64,000 bases of DNA from Laetmonice hystrix (lineage: Eukaryota): positions 34,102,001 through 34,166,000 of the forward strand of contig OZ249440.1 in NCBI GenBank assembly GCA_965235115.1. The letters are read 5' to 3'. Made by a program: the position numbers and the translations under genes. This document shows positions 1 through 13,844 of this stretch, in pieces. The notes under the pieces are model-generated. The model did no database searches. It was not told the origin of the DNA and saw only the letters and a program-made list of their open reading frames with translations. Position 1 is the stretch's first letter. Each line of letters begins with the position of its first letter.

Positions 1-46
1 ACGCCTATAGCCGCCAAAATAGTACTTCGGACTACTATCCTGACGC

Positions 47-126
47 TACACCGGTGTAAGCGGGATAGGCTTACACCGGTGTAAGCGCGATAGGCTTACA
101 CCGGTGTAAGCGGGATAGGCTTACAC
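47..126. repeat. 25-bp tandem repeat, ~3 copies (TACACCGGTGTAAGCGGGATAGGCT)
   Basis: Unit repeated directly three times; each unit contains the palindrome TACACCGGTGTA. Confidence 0.9.
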
Positions 127-577
127 CATCCTTTTGCCATATGTAGGAAGCCCAAGGGGTAAAGTTATTCATAATTCTGATAGCAAATTCATGGAAATTT
201 AGGTAACTTACTTGTATTCTATTATTACTTTCAAGATTCGTTTTCAAATAACTACAACCGGTCCAATAGCTATGTTTGCTTTGTTTTAAACAGTTTTTCA
301 CGGGACAGAACGGGAGAAATAAATTACTTATTGACACTCAACTGTCTCTGGCGAGGACCCTTGGGCCGCCTATGTATCTGCGTACCCTGCGAACATTATA
401 CTATACTGAGTGGTTAAAAGAATATATAGTACATTCGGAAAGTGCTAAATACTTTAGGTGGAGAATCACATGACAACACCAGTATCCCTGAAATCTTTCA
501 TATAAATGGTCAAAAGGACAATGATAAGACAACAATAGCAAATGAGTTCTGTAAATGCTAGAAATGTCGGCAAACGA

Positions 578-847
578 TTAGCAGCTAGTAGGAAAAAGTC
601 GGTGTACCATTCCTTTGATGCCATAGTAGAATAGCTTATTTAGTAGGATTTGATGATTTATAGTGCCGAATGACTTGAATAGGTGGAGATAAACAGCTAC
701 AGAATGGTTTTTGTTATTTAGCGAGGGAAATAAGTCTGTTAAGAATCTGGTACTTGCATCAAGCGTGGAGTGCTTTGGTCTAAAGCCATATTGGCCTTGA
801 TAAAGAACATTATTTTGTTTGAGAAAGTTATCGTGTAAAGTACACAC
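578..847 (-). pseudogene. LINE (CR1/L2/Jockey-group) reverse transcriptase fragment
   Basis: Translation NNVLYQGQYGFRPKHST...VYLHLFKSFGTINHQILLNKLFYYGIKG matches the non-LTR RT motifs QYGFR and (degenerate) FLDLSKAFDTV. An adjacent plus-strand piece (~461-586, TTIANEFC..NVGKRLA) resembles the ORF2 linker. Confidence 0.85.
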
Positions 848-1099
848 TCATGTAAAATACGCAGGCGATTGTTTTGGCCAAGATCTAGGAGGAAAATTAG
901 GCCCACTAACACCATCGCATAGCGTCTGGGACCCTAGGTGTGAACTGTTGCAGCCAACTCCAGTCATAGGGACAGTTAGCATGTCCAGGCTGGCTAGACC
1001 ATAATGTAAACGCGTCATTCTTGCCTGCTCCGCTTTGGTCGGCGAGTAGTCGACGCACTACGCCGACACGTTTTCATTGGTGGTCTATTCCAAAGGCAT

Positions 1100-1441
1100 T
1101 GCATGCACGCGCCTCTATCCAGGCAGAAACGGTTTCGCAAGAGGAGTTCAGTATGTTTATTTTTGTTCCCAAGGCGAATATGACTTTGTAGACCCATGAC
1201 AAGGCTCATCAAAGATGAAGCTGGATATTCTTTGCCATCCTTTTTCCTCACTTCACACGAACTTGGAGAACCAGTAGTTAATTTCTGATGTGCCCATACA
1301 TTTCAGGCATAGGCGGATGACTTTATGCTTGTCTTTGGTATTGTACACTTGTTGTTGATTATTCCTATTTACAGACCGATTTGTAAAGGTTCGACATGCC
1401 CAAGCATTACTTCTCAAGAGTATTGGTGTTCCCTTTTTCAA
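1100..1441 (-). pseudogene. CryptonA/DUF3504-like (KCTD1/QRICH1/ZMYM-related) tyrosine-recombinase relic, N-terminal part
   Basis: Two frames give RSNAWACRTF...INYWFSKFV / RKKDGKEYPASSLMSLVMGLQSHIR, the LNxWLxKFVxEVRKxDGxEYP signature. Frameshifted and truncated. Confidence 0.65.
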
Positions 1442-2729
1442 AAGACTCTATTTCGCTGTCATTCAGGGGTTGAAGAAATATCCCTCATCTTCATAATCAC
1501 TCTCCTGGAAAAGAAAGATTTACAAAAATAATTTTAAGAATTTTATTTAGACCTTTGTCATCGGTGCGATTCGAGTCGTCACCGTGGCACTGCATTCATG
1601 GCCCATCGCCAGATAATCCAGACTAGTACAATAGCCAGTACCTACCTCAACATGACTTCCTAATGGCATGCCCCAGGAATGACAATATTCCATACGCTCG
1701 TTCATGTTGACAGGTTGACCGGTTGTTTAAAAATGGCAACCAATCATCAGGACTCATGTCCACAACGTACGTCGGCCCTATAAGGGACATGCATGTGTTA
1801 TTTGCTATCTAAGGAAATCACTGTAGGTTTTTCGGGTTTTCACTTTTAAATATCGACGATTTCACTTTTCTTTATTGCGAATAGAGGACAACGAAGTAGG
1901 AATAACAATTGAGAAGACAGAAAACCTTTCTATGAAGAAAAAATATTACCAAACGAAAAACATGAACACACAAGAAATATTTCCCTTATGGGCCACAGTA
2001 ACAACGTCCAAGAGAAACGAGAGGACGGTCGCTTGCGGCAGTGTGTGAGTGGGATATGTGGCCAGAGAGCCGTGACAAGAGTGTAATATTTTCAGAAATA
2101 TCACACTACTTGGGACGCCTTAGTGTATACATATGGTATTTCGCCTCGCGGTTATTCAGATATCCCCTCTCTCGCAACAGTGTGATAGCTATACATAACA
2201 CCATATATCTACGTCCCAAGTGGAATTATACTGACTACAATTTGTGATGTTGCATGAATTTATCTTACTACGTCCTGTTATATCGTTTGATTTGAACATA
2301 ATGCTTGAAACTTATGTAAATAAGTGACGTCATTATGGGATTTCCCCATGGAAAGGCCACTACACGCATTAGTACTACCAGACACGCTGCGCGCTCCCTA
2401 TGTCCCTGACATTTCCTATTAGGAAGTCATATAAGCTCTTTCATTTGGCACCAATATTTTTCAGATCACGTGACTTATGACGTCATAATGATGATATCCA
2501 TATTTTCTCAGGGCTATCACTTGTAAATGGTTGAAGTTGCAGCCATAACATGAATAGGAAATCAAACGTGCCCTTTTGATTGCCGTCATTGCATCTTCTA
2601 AGGCTTATTATAAGTCGTAATGGGCTCAAGATAGAGTCATAGCCATCCCTACTGAGAACATGTAGCACTGGAAACCCCAAGGACGAGATCCATTGTGGTT
2701 ATCACCACAACTGTCTAGTTTTCTTGACT

Positions 2730-3160
2730 AAAATCAGCCACAGCTCGGGCTAGTGCGGCTACCACTGGAATTAGCTGTGTCTGAGTCGACATAAGATGTT
2801 TCTCCACCATCTTTGTATTGCTGGGGGGTCTCTTCCATATACTCTCTGGAATCTCCATTCAGTGTTCGCGGGGTGCAGATGTTTGTTTTTCAAGGTCTTT
2901 AATTCATCAACAGTGAGCCCCCCCTCGAAGGCACTGTTAATTAACACAGCTAAATCGGTATCCACTTCCTCCCCAGTCTGACTCACTGGCTGTATATCCC
3001 GGTTTAGTTTTTGCAAGAAGGTTAATTTTTCTCCCGCACCCTCGACGATTCAGAAGCTCCTGCTGAGGCCGATACATCGTGAGATACTCTCTCCCTGGGT
3101 ATCGCCCAGGAATGATAATCTTCCCAGTTCTCGCCCTGGTCTGCCGACATATCGTCATCT
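2730..3160 (-). pseudogene. DIRS-type retrotransposon gag-like ORF1 relic
   Basis: TGEEVDTDLAVLINSAFEGGLTVDELKTLKNKHLHPAN resembles the G..I...LA..VN..F....KY..P.N motif of invertebrate DIRS ORF1. Frameshifted. Confidence 0.45.
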
Positions 3161-3194
3161 GGTGCAGTTCCTTTCAACCCTGACTGAATTAAAT

Positions 3195-3455
3195 GGTTCC
3201 TATCACCCTGAATATGACTGAAACACGGGTGGGAGGCATAAAACCCCCAATTCCCTCACTCACTTACTCTAAATACGTAGCTAGTAATAACCCAGGGGCA
3301 GGTTTCTTTCTCACTTGATCCTTATAATCACCCACCCCCTGGGACTGGGGGGGGGGGGGAAGTCCCTTGATTGAATTTTGGTTCCTACCATCCTAAATAT
3401 GACTGAAATACTGCCAACCAGGCATAAAACCACTAATTCATTCATTCACTTACTT
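3195..3455 (+). mobile_element. Two SINE/LINE-like 3' tails (3195-3270, 3380-3455)
   Basis: Two similar segments GGTTCCTA..AATATGACTGAAA..GGCATAAAACC, each followed by a (TCAC/TCAT)n tail. Confidence 0.45.
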
Positions 3456-6400
3456 GTCATGCAGTGCCACCTTACCAGCCCGTGAACCGACAGCTAACCA
3501 GTATACGACAGGCGCCTTCTGGAAGCAACCGCACGCCTACACCCCCTCCCTTTACTCCTGGACGTCAGGTGGTGCCGTCTGAGAATCAAGGCCAACTCAG
3601 GTAAAACATCATTCCTGCCACATCTGTCGGCGGCAATCACAAGAATTTGGTTTCAACTGCCCATATGCAATAACGTAATTAGTCTCGAGATTAACCCAGT
3701 TGCCAGAAAGTCAGAATTTTCTAGCTATTTTTTTAGACCGGCCGTTATTTCGCTGGTCAAGCACAATAGAATTCAGTTAAAGTAATGGTAAATTCTCAAA
3801 TTTTTCGAGTATCACACTGATTCTGCCTTATCCTAACTGAAGAGAAACATGTAATCTTTCCAGATTTGCCCCAAACGTGATTTATTTACTCGTAATTATT
3901 GCGAAATTTGATGAGCAAACCTGCAGACCTTGATCGGTTCTGAAAAACTCGGCACGCGTTTTTGACTAGGGTGTTTACAATCATCCACTCACAGAAACGT
4001 GACGTCGTACACAGTTTGGCCTGAGCCAAGCACTGTCCCCCAGGGTGCATTGCGCTAGACGAAAGCGAGGCTCGCACCTGCTGGGTCGGGGGGGGGGGGG
4101 GGGCTTTCCCAACGACATGCCACTTGCATGCATGGCTTGCGGGCTAGTACAACTGAATCAGTGAAGAATCGTAAGAAGTATGCTCAGAATCAGGATAGAT
4201 CGAAATGCCACGTCTATATGGCGGCTGCTTTTAATCGCTGGGTGAATTTACGGGAAGTTATTGGCTTTCGAGCAGATTACAATGCCGGTGTTGCTTCGGT
4301 GCGAGGGTACCACACGGCCAACGTAGTGGCCCCCGGCCCTGCTCAGCTGCTGCTCGCGTGTTGCCGGTATGTCCAAACCGTCATATCTCCTCGCAGAACA
4401 CATTTCATCGGCCTTCGACCAGCTTAAGGCACCGACTAAAGTACCATCATTCTTTTTATGGAATACATTTCCAACCAGTGTGGCAGATGGTCAACCGACG
4501 ACTGGTCTATTTACGGCCGTGTTTGGTGAGTGCGGTGGGCGGTAGAGCTGGGCGGCCGGCCGCGAGGCGAGGCCCGGCCGGCAGAACAGGAGATTACAAC
4601 GGGGAATCCCTCTTATGCTGGATTGTCAACAGCAAAACATATCACCCTCGGAGGCCCACTCGCCCCCCTCCTGTCTAGATAATGTGAATACGACAGATGT
4701 ATTTCGTTGTATTATAGAATATGAGTTAGATCTGGGCTACTTTGCTGGGTGATCGAAATAGGCTTGCTGAACGATGAGGGCGCCATCTTGTTTGGCTGCG
4801 TCATCAGACACTGCGTAGAAAGTCACGTGAGGGAATTCCCTTCCAGTTCAAATCCAATGGTGGTGGAATCATTGCACGTTTTTCTTTCGATTGATCACGA
4901 TTTTCGGTTATACTGCAAGTAGCACGCAGGTATTGTTCCTATTGGACATGGCAAATATTTGTACACGTCTTTAGTAACATGCAGGAAGTAATATTAGAAA
5001 ATCGTTAAAATTTTCCTACATTCCACGCTATACTATGACTTTAAACATGATGAACAAATCTACCCAACCGCACTTTTAAATCTAGGCTAGATAGTGAGTA
5101 AGCCAGTCTTGGGATAAGCTTCACAGTGTTCTTGCGTATTTTTCAATGTCACAGTCCAACAAGTTGTTTTTATGCCTACCCAATATACATGGACACGTTT
5201 AGCTAGTTTAAAAGAAATAAGGTGTAGCCGAGTCAAAGTGTCTAATTATATTCTGTCGAGAGCTCGAGCCCTATAAGGCCAGCTGGTTCATTTAAGGTGG
5301 CTATTCTAGGCAGCTGCAACCTGACCCATCAAACTCCCCATTCCTGCGGTCGAGACCGTCAAGGTAAATTTCAGATAGTGACGGATATTGCACAGAACCG
5401 GTTCGTTCTCAGCTTGAAATCAATCTGCAGAACCGTTTTTTCTTGTAGATTGCCCCTATATTTCCCATAACAAATGGTGGTCATTTTTGGTGGTGGTTTA
5501 TTTCTTTTATTTGTTTTGCTAATAAGTTCTTAAGAGACATCTGTAAAATGATTTTCAGCGTTCATTCCCTCTTGTCGCAGGGCAAGCCATTCCAGCATTG
5601 AACACGCCAGAAACACCACTGTAACCCCACAACGGAAGAAGAGGAGGAAGAAAAAGTCCATGTATACAACTGACACTCTGACAGCGCCAGCTGACACCGA
5701 ACAGGGAAACCATGTTGGTGTTGGTGGAATTACGACAGGCCTGCTAACTGAGGGCAATTCTAAATCAAGTGAGGCACATACTGAACATGGTAATGTACAG
5801 TTCTGAGGGAAATCTGCCGATCAGGTCGGACACTTAACTCGTTGTCGTGGATATATTATATTGTCATGATTAGACATCAATGGCCGTTTTTCTTACCTGG
5901 ATTGTCACTATTAGTGAAACAAGGGCCTGACTGGGATTATAGGGACATTCAGACTATTATACTGCCATGGGGGCACCCCCAGGTGCCGCAATTAGTAAAG
6001 CCCAGACTGGTCATAAGCGGACTTCTTAGTTCTGAGTTTGAATCCTCTCTCTGGCTTGTATCAGGATATTTGACATTTTGGTTATTGTCGACCAAATTTT
6101 CAGCAACCTCAGGATGAGAGTAGAATGCTGTTTATGGTAGCCAGGTATAAAGCTAACGGTAAAATAGATTGTCGGTGGTGTTATGGCAACAACTGGACAA
6201 GGCATATTCACTGGGAACACTGGGATTGCAGATTGAAGGCAACCAATCCAAGATTGAATGGCCTGACGACTAATCGTCAGTGGTGACCTCCAAAAAATAA
6301 AATACCTGACGACAATGAGTTTATTTTTCTTACCTCTCCAAGACACAACACTAATTGTAGCTGTTCCTGTGTCAAACGCATCTTCCGATTATCAAATATG

Positions 6401-7278
6401 GTAAATTAAAGGTTGAAGCCTGACAGGATGAAAATCAGTTACCCCAACCTGAACGTACAATGGAATGCACCAGACTGAAGGGTAAATTATATTTATTTAA
6501 AAATAATGACAAATGTACACAGGCAGGGGGCATAACTTTCTTAAGTTAAATGGCACAAAAGTAGGGGTAACCTATTGAAAAATTTTGACTGGATGATGTC
6601 TGTTACTGAAAGGTTATTAAGTTGGGCCAGTGGCCTGTCTTAAGTACTAACGCTGGTTCCCGCCGAAATCCCCATCGAAATCCCCAGGTTGGGGACATCC
6701 CTGATTGTGGTGTCTCACTGACAAGTCCCTTCACGGTGATCCCCAAATCGCCGACTTTCGCTGGAACTGTTTCATACCAATCCTTCAAATAAGGATCTCA
6801 CAAGAAGAAAACGCACTGAAAACAAAATGGGTTACAAAATTCGGACATTTCTTAGACAAATTAGAGGTTAGTCAAAACTGATGAAAACTATCTCCAGTGT
6901 CTTAGAGGGTTAGGCTTAGTCAGTGCTGAAGTCACGTGAACAGAGAGCTTTTTGGAAGACGAGGTCAAAGAACAGCATGGACGAACTGCACAACATGGCA
7001 AGGTAAGCCCTTCTGTAATCGTCTGCGCAGTGGTGTTTCTTTCTCGTACATAGATCTGTCTGTTGAAGTTGTATCTGAATAAAGTGGTGATGCTCATGAT
7101 ATAGATGTTATGATATTTCAAATAAGGCCAAGAAAAAAAATTCCCGGTTTCTGGTACTTCAGATGCCACGCATCAGTGTTTTTTTCCTGCCCTCGCCTCG
7201 CATGAATGTCTGAATTGTGCTGCCACCTAGCAGTAAGGTTTAAAACTAACCATTGGCGGAATGGATATTTCATTAACA

Positions 7279-7796
7279 CAGACCTGCCAACCTACAGAGA
7301 GAAGAAACCGGGAGATTGGTGTCCAAAAAACTGAAAATTGGGAGGAAAACCGGGGGATTTTTTGAGGAAAACCTGGAGATTTTTGGGGGAAACCTGGAGA
7401 CTACATTAGGAAGCTGATATAGACCTATGAGTGGGGGAGAAACGTTAGTATGGAGCCACTACATTCTACACATGAAGTACACAACTTACATACCATCAGT
7501 TTAATAAATTTAAAATAAAAAAATTGTCCGAAGACATCAGCTCCTTTATGTCGTTTCTTTTCTCTTTATGTAGGCCTATCCTTTTTTAGTGTTCTGCGTT
7601 GCATATAGATGTAGTTGCTACATGTACATGTACTTAAAAACATACTCAATTGTCCAATTTCTTGTGTTTTGTGTACATTTGTGTGCATACATGAGTTTTC
7701 AATTTACCGTGAGAAAATTGTGACATACCGGGGGGACGGGGGATCAGGTTAAAAACCGGGAGTCTCCCGGTTTCACCGGGGGACTTGGCAGGTCTG
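7279..7796. mobile_element. Non-autonomous TIR element (MITE) with 6-bp TSD
   Basis: TIR CAGACCTGCCAA ... TTGGCAGGTCTG, flanked by TTAACA on both sides. Confidence 0.8.
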
Positions 7797-7909
7797 TTAA
7801 CACTGCAACGGAAGTGTGTTCTACTCAAAGTTCATGGTCCTTGTTTACGAGTTCATTTTACATGATAATTCTTATCATGTAAAATGTTTTTACCATCTCG
7901 TTTCACAAT

Positions 7910-8581
7910 TTCACCATCATCTCTAATTAGAAAGCATACATTATTGGTATCATTTTAAAGCATAGGAGGTAGAGAGTCTATTGGTCTCAAATATTTTAGC
8001 TGGGGTCAACGAGTGCAGCGCTAAACCTAGGCCTATGTGTTACGTTACGCAAGGCCCACATTCACTCATTATATCGTCTTTGTGTACCCAATGAAAGTGG
8101 GAACAGTGCATTGCAACCCTTGATGTCTCAAAATAGATAGATCTACTGTACTGGTTTGCTAAGGATCACTGCTACACACTGAAATATTTGTAAATAAAAG
8201 GTAATTCCACTGACTCAATCACCATAGTACAGGTAACCAGTACTACCCCTAATAGTAGGGGTGCCAAGGTGCAATATTGTGCATAAACATGGTGGTTAAA
8301 TCAGAACGTACTTTTGTTCAAGGTGGGTTTTTTTAATAGAATGGACTCTCCTGCTTTGATTTCTGGGGGGTCTGTTTGGGATATGCTCTTGCAAAAGTTG
8401 TATTTTGGGGGAATTTATTGTAGAATATTGTGACGAAAATAGACGTCAAATTTTGGGGTAGGGGAAATATAATTGATCATTTCACCATCATCTCTAATGA
8501 TTATTGGTATCATTTTAAAGCATATGAAGTACAGTCTATTGGTCTAAAAATATTTTAGCTGGGACAACGAGTGCAGCGCTA
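7910..8581. repeat. ~110-bp direct repeat pair (7910-8022 and 8480-8581)
   Basis: TTTCACCATCATCTCTAA...ATTATTGGTATCATTTTAAAGCATA...CAACGAGTGCAGCGCTA occurs twice. Confidence 0.75.
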
Positions 8582-8967
8582 GGGGTCAAAAGGTCACACC
8601 GGGAGGGGCACTTAAAATCTAGGGGGTGAAATCATAATTACCCCATGGTGGCCAAACCAATTGAGATAATTGAATGTGTGGGGTCTTGAGGGTGTATGTA
8701 TTTGTAGGGGTATTTCTTGGATTTAGTAAAGCCACCAGTAACGCACGTGTATCCCTGTCTCCATGCTGCTCTCCTCTCTCCCGGCATTCCTTGCGCCGGG
8801 GACCAGCCCTTTATTCCTCCCCTCAGGGATCATACAGTAATCCTTACAATCAGACACCACATCTCCCCCTCTCTTAAAAGGGTAACTGTAATGAACTCTT
8901 GGTTCTAAAGGGTAACTGTAAACTAACATAGCAAACACTCGCTTTTATGGAGTGACCTGTAACTAAC

Positions 8968-11900
8968 CTAACGAACGAAATCTCTAAGGTAGGCAGGCGG
9001 ATGCCTTACCCTGATCGGGCGTGCCCGTTGGTTAGGACTACACCTAGCCAAGTGTGAGATGTTCCACGTCTGACCATTAGATAGAAGGTAGGTGTACGGA
9101 CGGACTCGAGCTACCACAGTCAGCGGAATAGAGAATTTACTCGCACCTTTCGGTGTGTGTACCGGTTTGAGAATCCGCACCTTATCCCCAGGTGAGAACA
9201 CCTGAACACATGCATGACGGGATACGTCAGTGTACACCCGACTCTTTACTTGTTTCTTACGGACTCGCGATCGCAACCCTTCCTCCCCACGAAATGAAGG
9301 AGGGTGTGAAACCCCGGTAATGTCCAGTTTAGTCTTGAGATGACGTCCATGGAGCAGTATGGACGGCTCAACATCGGTAGTAGCATGGGGCGTGGACCGA
9401 TACACGGCAAGGAATTCCCGAACATATGAGGCAACCGCATGTCCCTCAAGTCGTGCAGAAAGAACAGTATCATTCAGAACTTTGTTAAACCGCTCTATTT
9501 CACTATTCCCCTGCGGGTGGTAGACGGAAGAAGTTGCTTAATACCACGCTCAGACAGAAACAATTCCAGTTCCCGAGACATGAACTGGGGACCATGATCT
9601 GTAATAATTTCGTCGGGATAACCCTCTCGACTGAACACACATTTCAAAAACTCAATAACAGTACATGTTGTTACATTATCAACCAGAGCAACCTCAGGCC
9701 ACTTGCTATAATAATCGATGAGAGTAATAGCAAAACGGTCATGCACCTTGGGATACGGCCCAACAATATCCATACCTAACTTTTGCCACGGCTTGGCTGG
9801 GTATGCGACAGACTGCATGGCAGCATGTCGTACAATAGCAGACTTATCATGAGATTGGCACACATGACATGCTTTGATGGCATCCTGGACCTCCAGGTCC
9901 ATTCTGGGCCACCAGTAGAGTTGGCGCAACCGTTGCTTAGTGCGTACGATGCCCTGATGATTAGCATGCGCAATATCAATCAGTTCCTGTGTGAGAGCAC
10001 TGGGGATAACGACTCGTGTCCCCCGAAATATAATGTTAGCATGCACAGCAAGCTCATTACGGACCGCATAGTACTGCTTGACCTTGTCAGGCAGAAGGTC
10101 CGGCGCTCGGGGCCAACCCTCAGCAATGTACTGGCGTAGACTGGTCATAGTATCATCAGTCAGGACAGTGGACAGGAGCTTATCCTGTGAAATAGTAGAA
10201 ATGGAACATACGCGCACAATGTCATCCTCAGCTACAGTAGTATCAGCTGTGTATGCAAGTGGTAGACGACTCAGGGCGTCAGCAACCCGGGTGTATGCAG
10301 GTGGTTTGTATTGAATGTTGTAATCGTACTCCAGAAGTCGTGCTCCCCATCGCGCGATACACATGGGGCGATGACCTGTACCAGACGTACTGAGCAACGT
10401 TGTCAGTGCCTGGTGATCAGTACGTAGAGTGAATTTTCGTCCCCATAAATATGAATGCCACCGCTCTATGGCCCACACACAGGCCAGCGCTTCCCGCTCA
10501 CCAGCGGAATACTTCCGTTCAGTCTCTGTTAGTCGGCTCGAAGCATAGGCAACTGTAACCTCCCCTCGGTCAGTAAACTGCGTCAGCACCGCACCGAGTC
10601 CGTAACCTGAAGCGTCAGTGGTCACGGTGGAAGATCGGGACGGATCAAACAATGACAACGCAGGTGCCGTAGTAATGACGCGCTTTATACGCTGAAAGGC
10701 TGCATCCGCCTTCCTTGTCCAGCAGAATGGAGATGTAGCCTGCACATCCCTCATGGGGCACACAGCATCCGTGAAATTTGGAATGAATTTGGCATAGTAT
10801 CCTACGAGGCCGATAAACGAACGAACTTGGTCGTGACTCGTAGGGCATGGAGCATCAATGATTGCTGTCACAAGGTCCGGGTTAGGGTGTAACCCGTCTC
10901 CATCAAGCACATGTCCGAGCACGTAAATACTCGGGGCCCGGAGAACACATTTGTCCGGGCGCAGTTTCATACCAACTGCTTGTATGCGTTGCAGGGTTGC
11001 GCGTAGATTTGCATCATGATCTGCGACAGATGTCCCCCCGATAACGATATCATCCTGTGAGCATTTCACACGGGGTAAGCCTCTCAGTACATTGTCCATT
11101 AACCGTTGGAAACACGCTGGTGCAGAGGCCAGTCCGAAACAAACGCGCTTGTAGCGATAAAGACCACTCGGGGTAATGAATGTGGTGAGGTGACGACAGT
11201 CCTCTGTTAAAGATACTTGATGATAGGCTGATTTGAGATCGAGGCGAGAATAGCCCGTACAGCCATGTAGTTCGCTCAACAGCTCGTCCGTATGAGGCAT
11301 TGCGTAACGTTCAATAATAATGTGTTTGTTCAACTCACGCAGGTCAACTTATGGTCGTATGCCGCCACCTTTCCGCCATGCGACCACTAATGGCGAAACC
11401 AACTCCGAGGCTTCGACTGGCTCAATCAGGTCAAGGTCGACCTGCTGTTGTAATGCCGCTTGTAGTTGGTCCCGAACAGCAAATGGGACACTTCTGAGTT
11501 TCTGCTGTTTTGGCTGAGCTCCATCCCTCAACCGTATCCGGTGCTCATAGCCAGTAATCAGACCCTGTTCCTCGTTGAATAGGTCTGGAAAGTCCGAAGC
11601 AACTGGGTCATGAATCAGATCAGGTGACTTCCCGATTGTTGTAGCTGAACCATCATGTGGTTCCTGCGTCGTCGCGTAGCATGTCAAAGTTCTCCCATCT
11701 ATAGTAAGGGCAAGTCCCTGCCGATCAGCGCTGGCCCATGGCGAACTATGTACCACCTAATCGGCGCTGCTCTGCCCTCGAAACGCACAGTTGCATCAAA
11801 CGTACCAATAATGTCAAGGCGGTCACCCGTGTAAGCAGAGAGTGGAGTTGTACAGGGCATCAGTGCATCCTTCAAGAAATGTTTTTCAAACTGTTTTTTG

Positions 11901-13389
11901 TTCATCAGACAGGCGTCTGAAGCTGAGGCAACTAACACGTGTAATGGGACGTTGTTGACTGTGATTTGGCACGCAACATCTGAAGTAGTAGTAGACATAC
12001 CTGTTGTAGTGGACAGTACCTGGAGTGACCCCTCGTCCAGTGTCGACTCCTCATCCGTAGTGGCGTCATAAGGCTGAGTTCACATAGGAGTATACGGTAT
12101 ACGGTATTCGCTATTCAGTATTCGCTATACGCTATACGGGCACGGCGAGTCACGCCCGCCAGTGTCTTAATTCCCGACATGAATTGAAAGGTGCCCCCCT
12201 GCCCCTCCCCTTGAACTGATTTCTTTGAAATTTTCAGAGTCAATACCCCTATATATCGGCCCTTAGATCTGAAAATTTAGTTAAAAAATATCAAGAACTG
12301 TGTAAATGCTGAACTTTTAAACACAGGCACCCCAAGGTATACGCTGCACTAAAATCGAACACGCACGATTCCCACTATACTATACTATACGCCTTTTCGA
12401 ATAGTGCCCTCTGATGTGACCCGGTATTATAAGATCCTATTGTACGATATAAGCTATTCGCGTGCCCTTCAAAACGTGCCCCGTATACCCGTGCCGTATA
12501 CTCCTATGTGAACTCAGCCTTAGCAACCAGTCTGACCTGCCTAGACGTACTGCGGCAGACCTTAGCGAAGTGACCTAGTTTCGAACACAGTCTGCATGTC
12601 TGGTCACGCGCTCTGCAGTCTCTAGAATTTGCTATGTGTGTCAGAGATCCACACCTAAAGCAACTTAACTGTCTCTTGGAATCAGGTCCCTGCTTCGCAT
12701 TGTGTTTGTGTACTCCTGAATTCCTCGTATTCCATTGCCCAGCACTAGCAGATCCCGTAGCACCACGCCTGCTACTACTCACGTGTTGCCGGTCGACCCG
12801 CACTACTGTCCGGCCGTCAGCTGGCGTGCTGCCCCGCTGTCGTACATCCTGAGCGGTAACGCTCTGCCCTGTAATGTTCCTCGCCTCACGTACAGCACTG
12901 TCGACTCTCTGCACTATCTGAATGGCCATGGTCAGTGTAAGGTTGTGTTCCATGAGTAACCTCTCCCGCACGCGATTGGAATGAGTTTTTTCAACCAACT
13001 GATCTCTGATCATTTCGTCCGTGAGCTCCCCGAACTCGCACGTTGCGGCCAGCTCCCGCAGCACAGCAATGTAGGCCTCGACAGGCTCTCCCTCGCGATG
13101 GCCTCTCTGTCGGAATTTGTATCTTTCCGCGACCACGTTAATCTGTGGTGTAAAATGGGCTCAAGTTTTTGTAGGGCAGCATCGTACTCGTTAGCAGCAG
13201 GAGGTCCTTCGATGTCAGGTAGTGTGTAGTAGACCCGTTGGCCCTCAGCCCCCAGGGAATGTAGCAAAATGGCCGCCCGTCATGAAGCCTCGGCCCCCTC
13301 GTGACCCGAAGCCACGAGGTAGTTGTTAAACAGCCGCCGCCACTGATTCCACGGCATGCTAGGCGGGCCCGTGGCCGCCAGAAACGTGA
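8968..13389 (-). pseudogene. gag-pol of the gypsy element (gag with CCHC knuckles, protease, RT, RNase H, integrase), frameshifted
   Basis: Gag: IRDQLVEK, CFRCGSLTH..C, CRLCSKLGH..C. RT: LDLKSAYHQV, FGLASAP, SQDD. RNase H: TTDASGYGLGAVL, TDHQAL. Integrase: HQGIV..CHVC, MDIVGP, TDHGPQF. Several frame breaks; the protease motif reads VASAS instead of D[ST]G. Confidence 0.92.
12072..12519. mobile_element. PIF/Harbinger-like MITE inserted at the gag-protease junction
   Basis: TIR GGCTGAGTTCACATAGGAGTATACGG with TWA flanks (TAA/TTA). Removing it plus 3 bp rejoins gag and protease in frame (RLVAYDATTDEES...MSTTTSDVAC). Confidence 0.88.
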
Positions 13390-13844
13390 CAGGGGTATTT
13401 CTTGGATTTAGTAAAGCCACCAGTAACGCACGTGTATCCCTGTCTCCATGCTGCTCTCATCTCTCCCGGCATTCCTTGCGCCGGGGACCAGCCCTTTATT
13501 CCTCCCCTCAGGAATCATACAGTAATCCTTACAATCAGACACCACAGAATGCAACCTATGCTAATTTTGAGAGGGCTATATATGTGGTCGTTTTTGAACA
13601 CATAAGTAAAATGATGATGGGGTGTATGTTTTCCTAGATTAACCCTTTATGGTCCGCACACAAAAATTGAAAATCATCAAAATTGCCGTCTTTTGTCCGG
13701 ATCAAGTAAATCATGAATAAAGGTATATGATTTAATGTAATTATGCATTCAATGTCATTTTAACAACTGTTCATTATTCATACACTGCATCTTACATTAT
13801 TCATACACTGCATCTTACTTAGTTTTAAGCGGTTTAACGCCTAA

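Larger units (their letters stand above)
8677..13546 (-). mobile_element. Ty3/gypsy LTR retrotransposon, defective
   Basis: TGTGGGGTC...GACACCACA termini with 5-bp TSD GAATG (8672-8676, 13547-13551). 3' LTR 8677-8861; 5' LTR remnant 13391-13546 (2 mismatches in 156 bp). Polypurine tract on the minus strand at 8862-8880. Gag-PR-RT-RH-IN order. Confidence 0.95.

Noticed and set aside
461..847. Twin-priming 5' inversion of a LINE
   Set aside because: The fragments are tail-to-tail, the wrong geometry, with no TSD or tail; more likely a later rearrangement.
4128..4300. Peptide RSKCHVYMAAAFNRWVNLRE resembling an N-terminal motif of some DNA-transposon accessory proteins
   Set aside because: Too short, with no element ends or continuation found, so it cannot be supported.
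9534..12959. Plus-strand ORFs overlapping the gypsy element
   Set aside because: Antisense shadows of gag-pol with no recognisable motifs.
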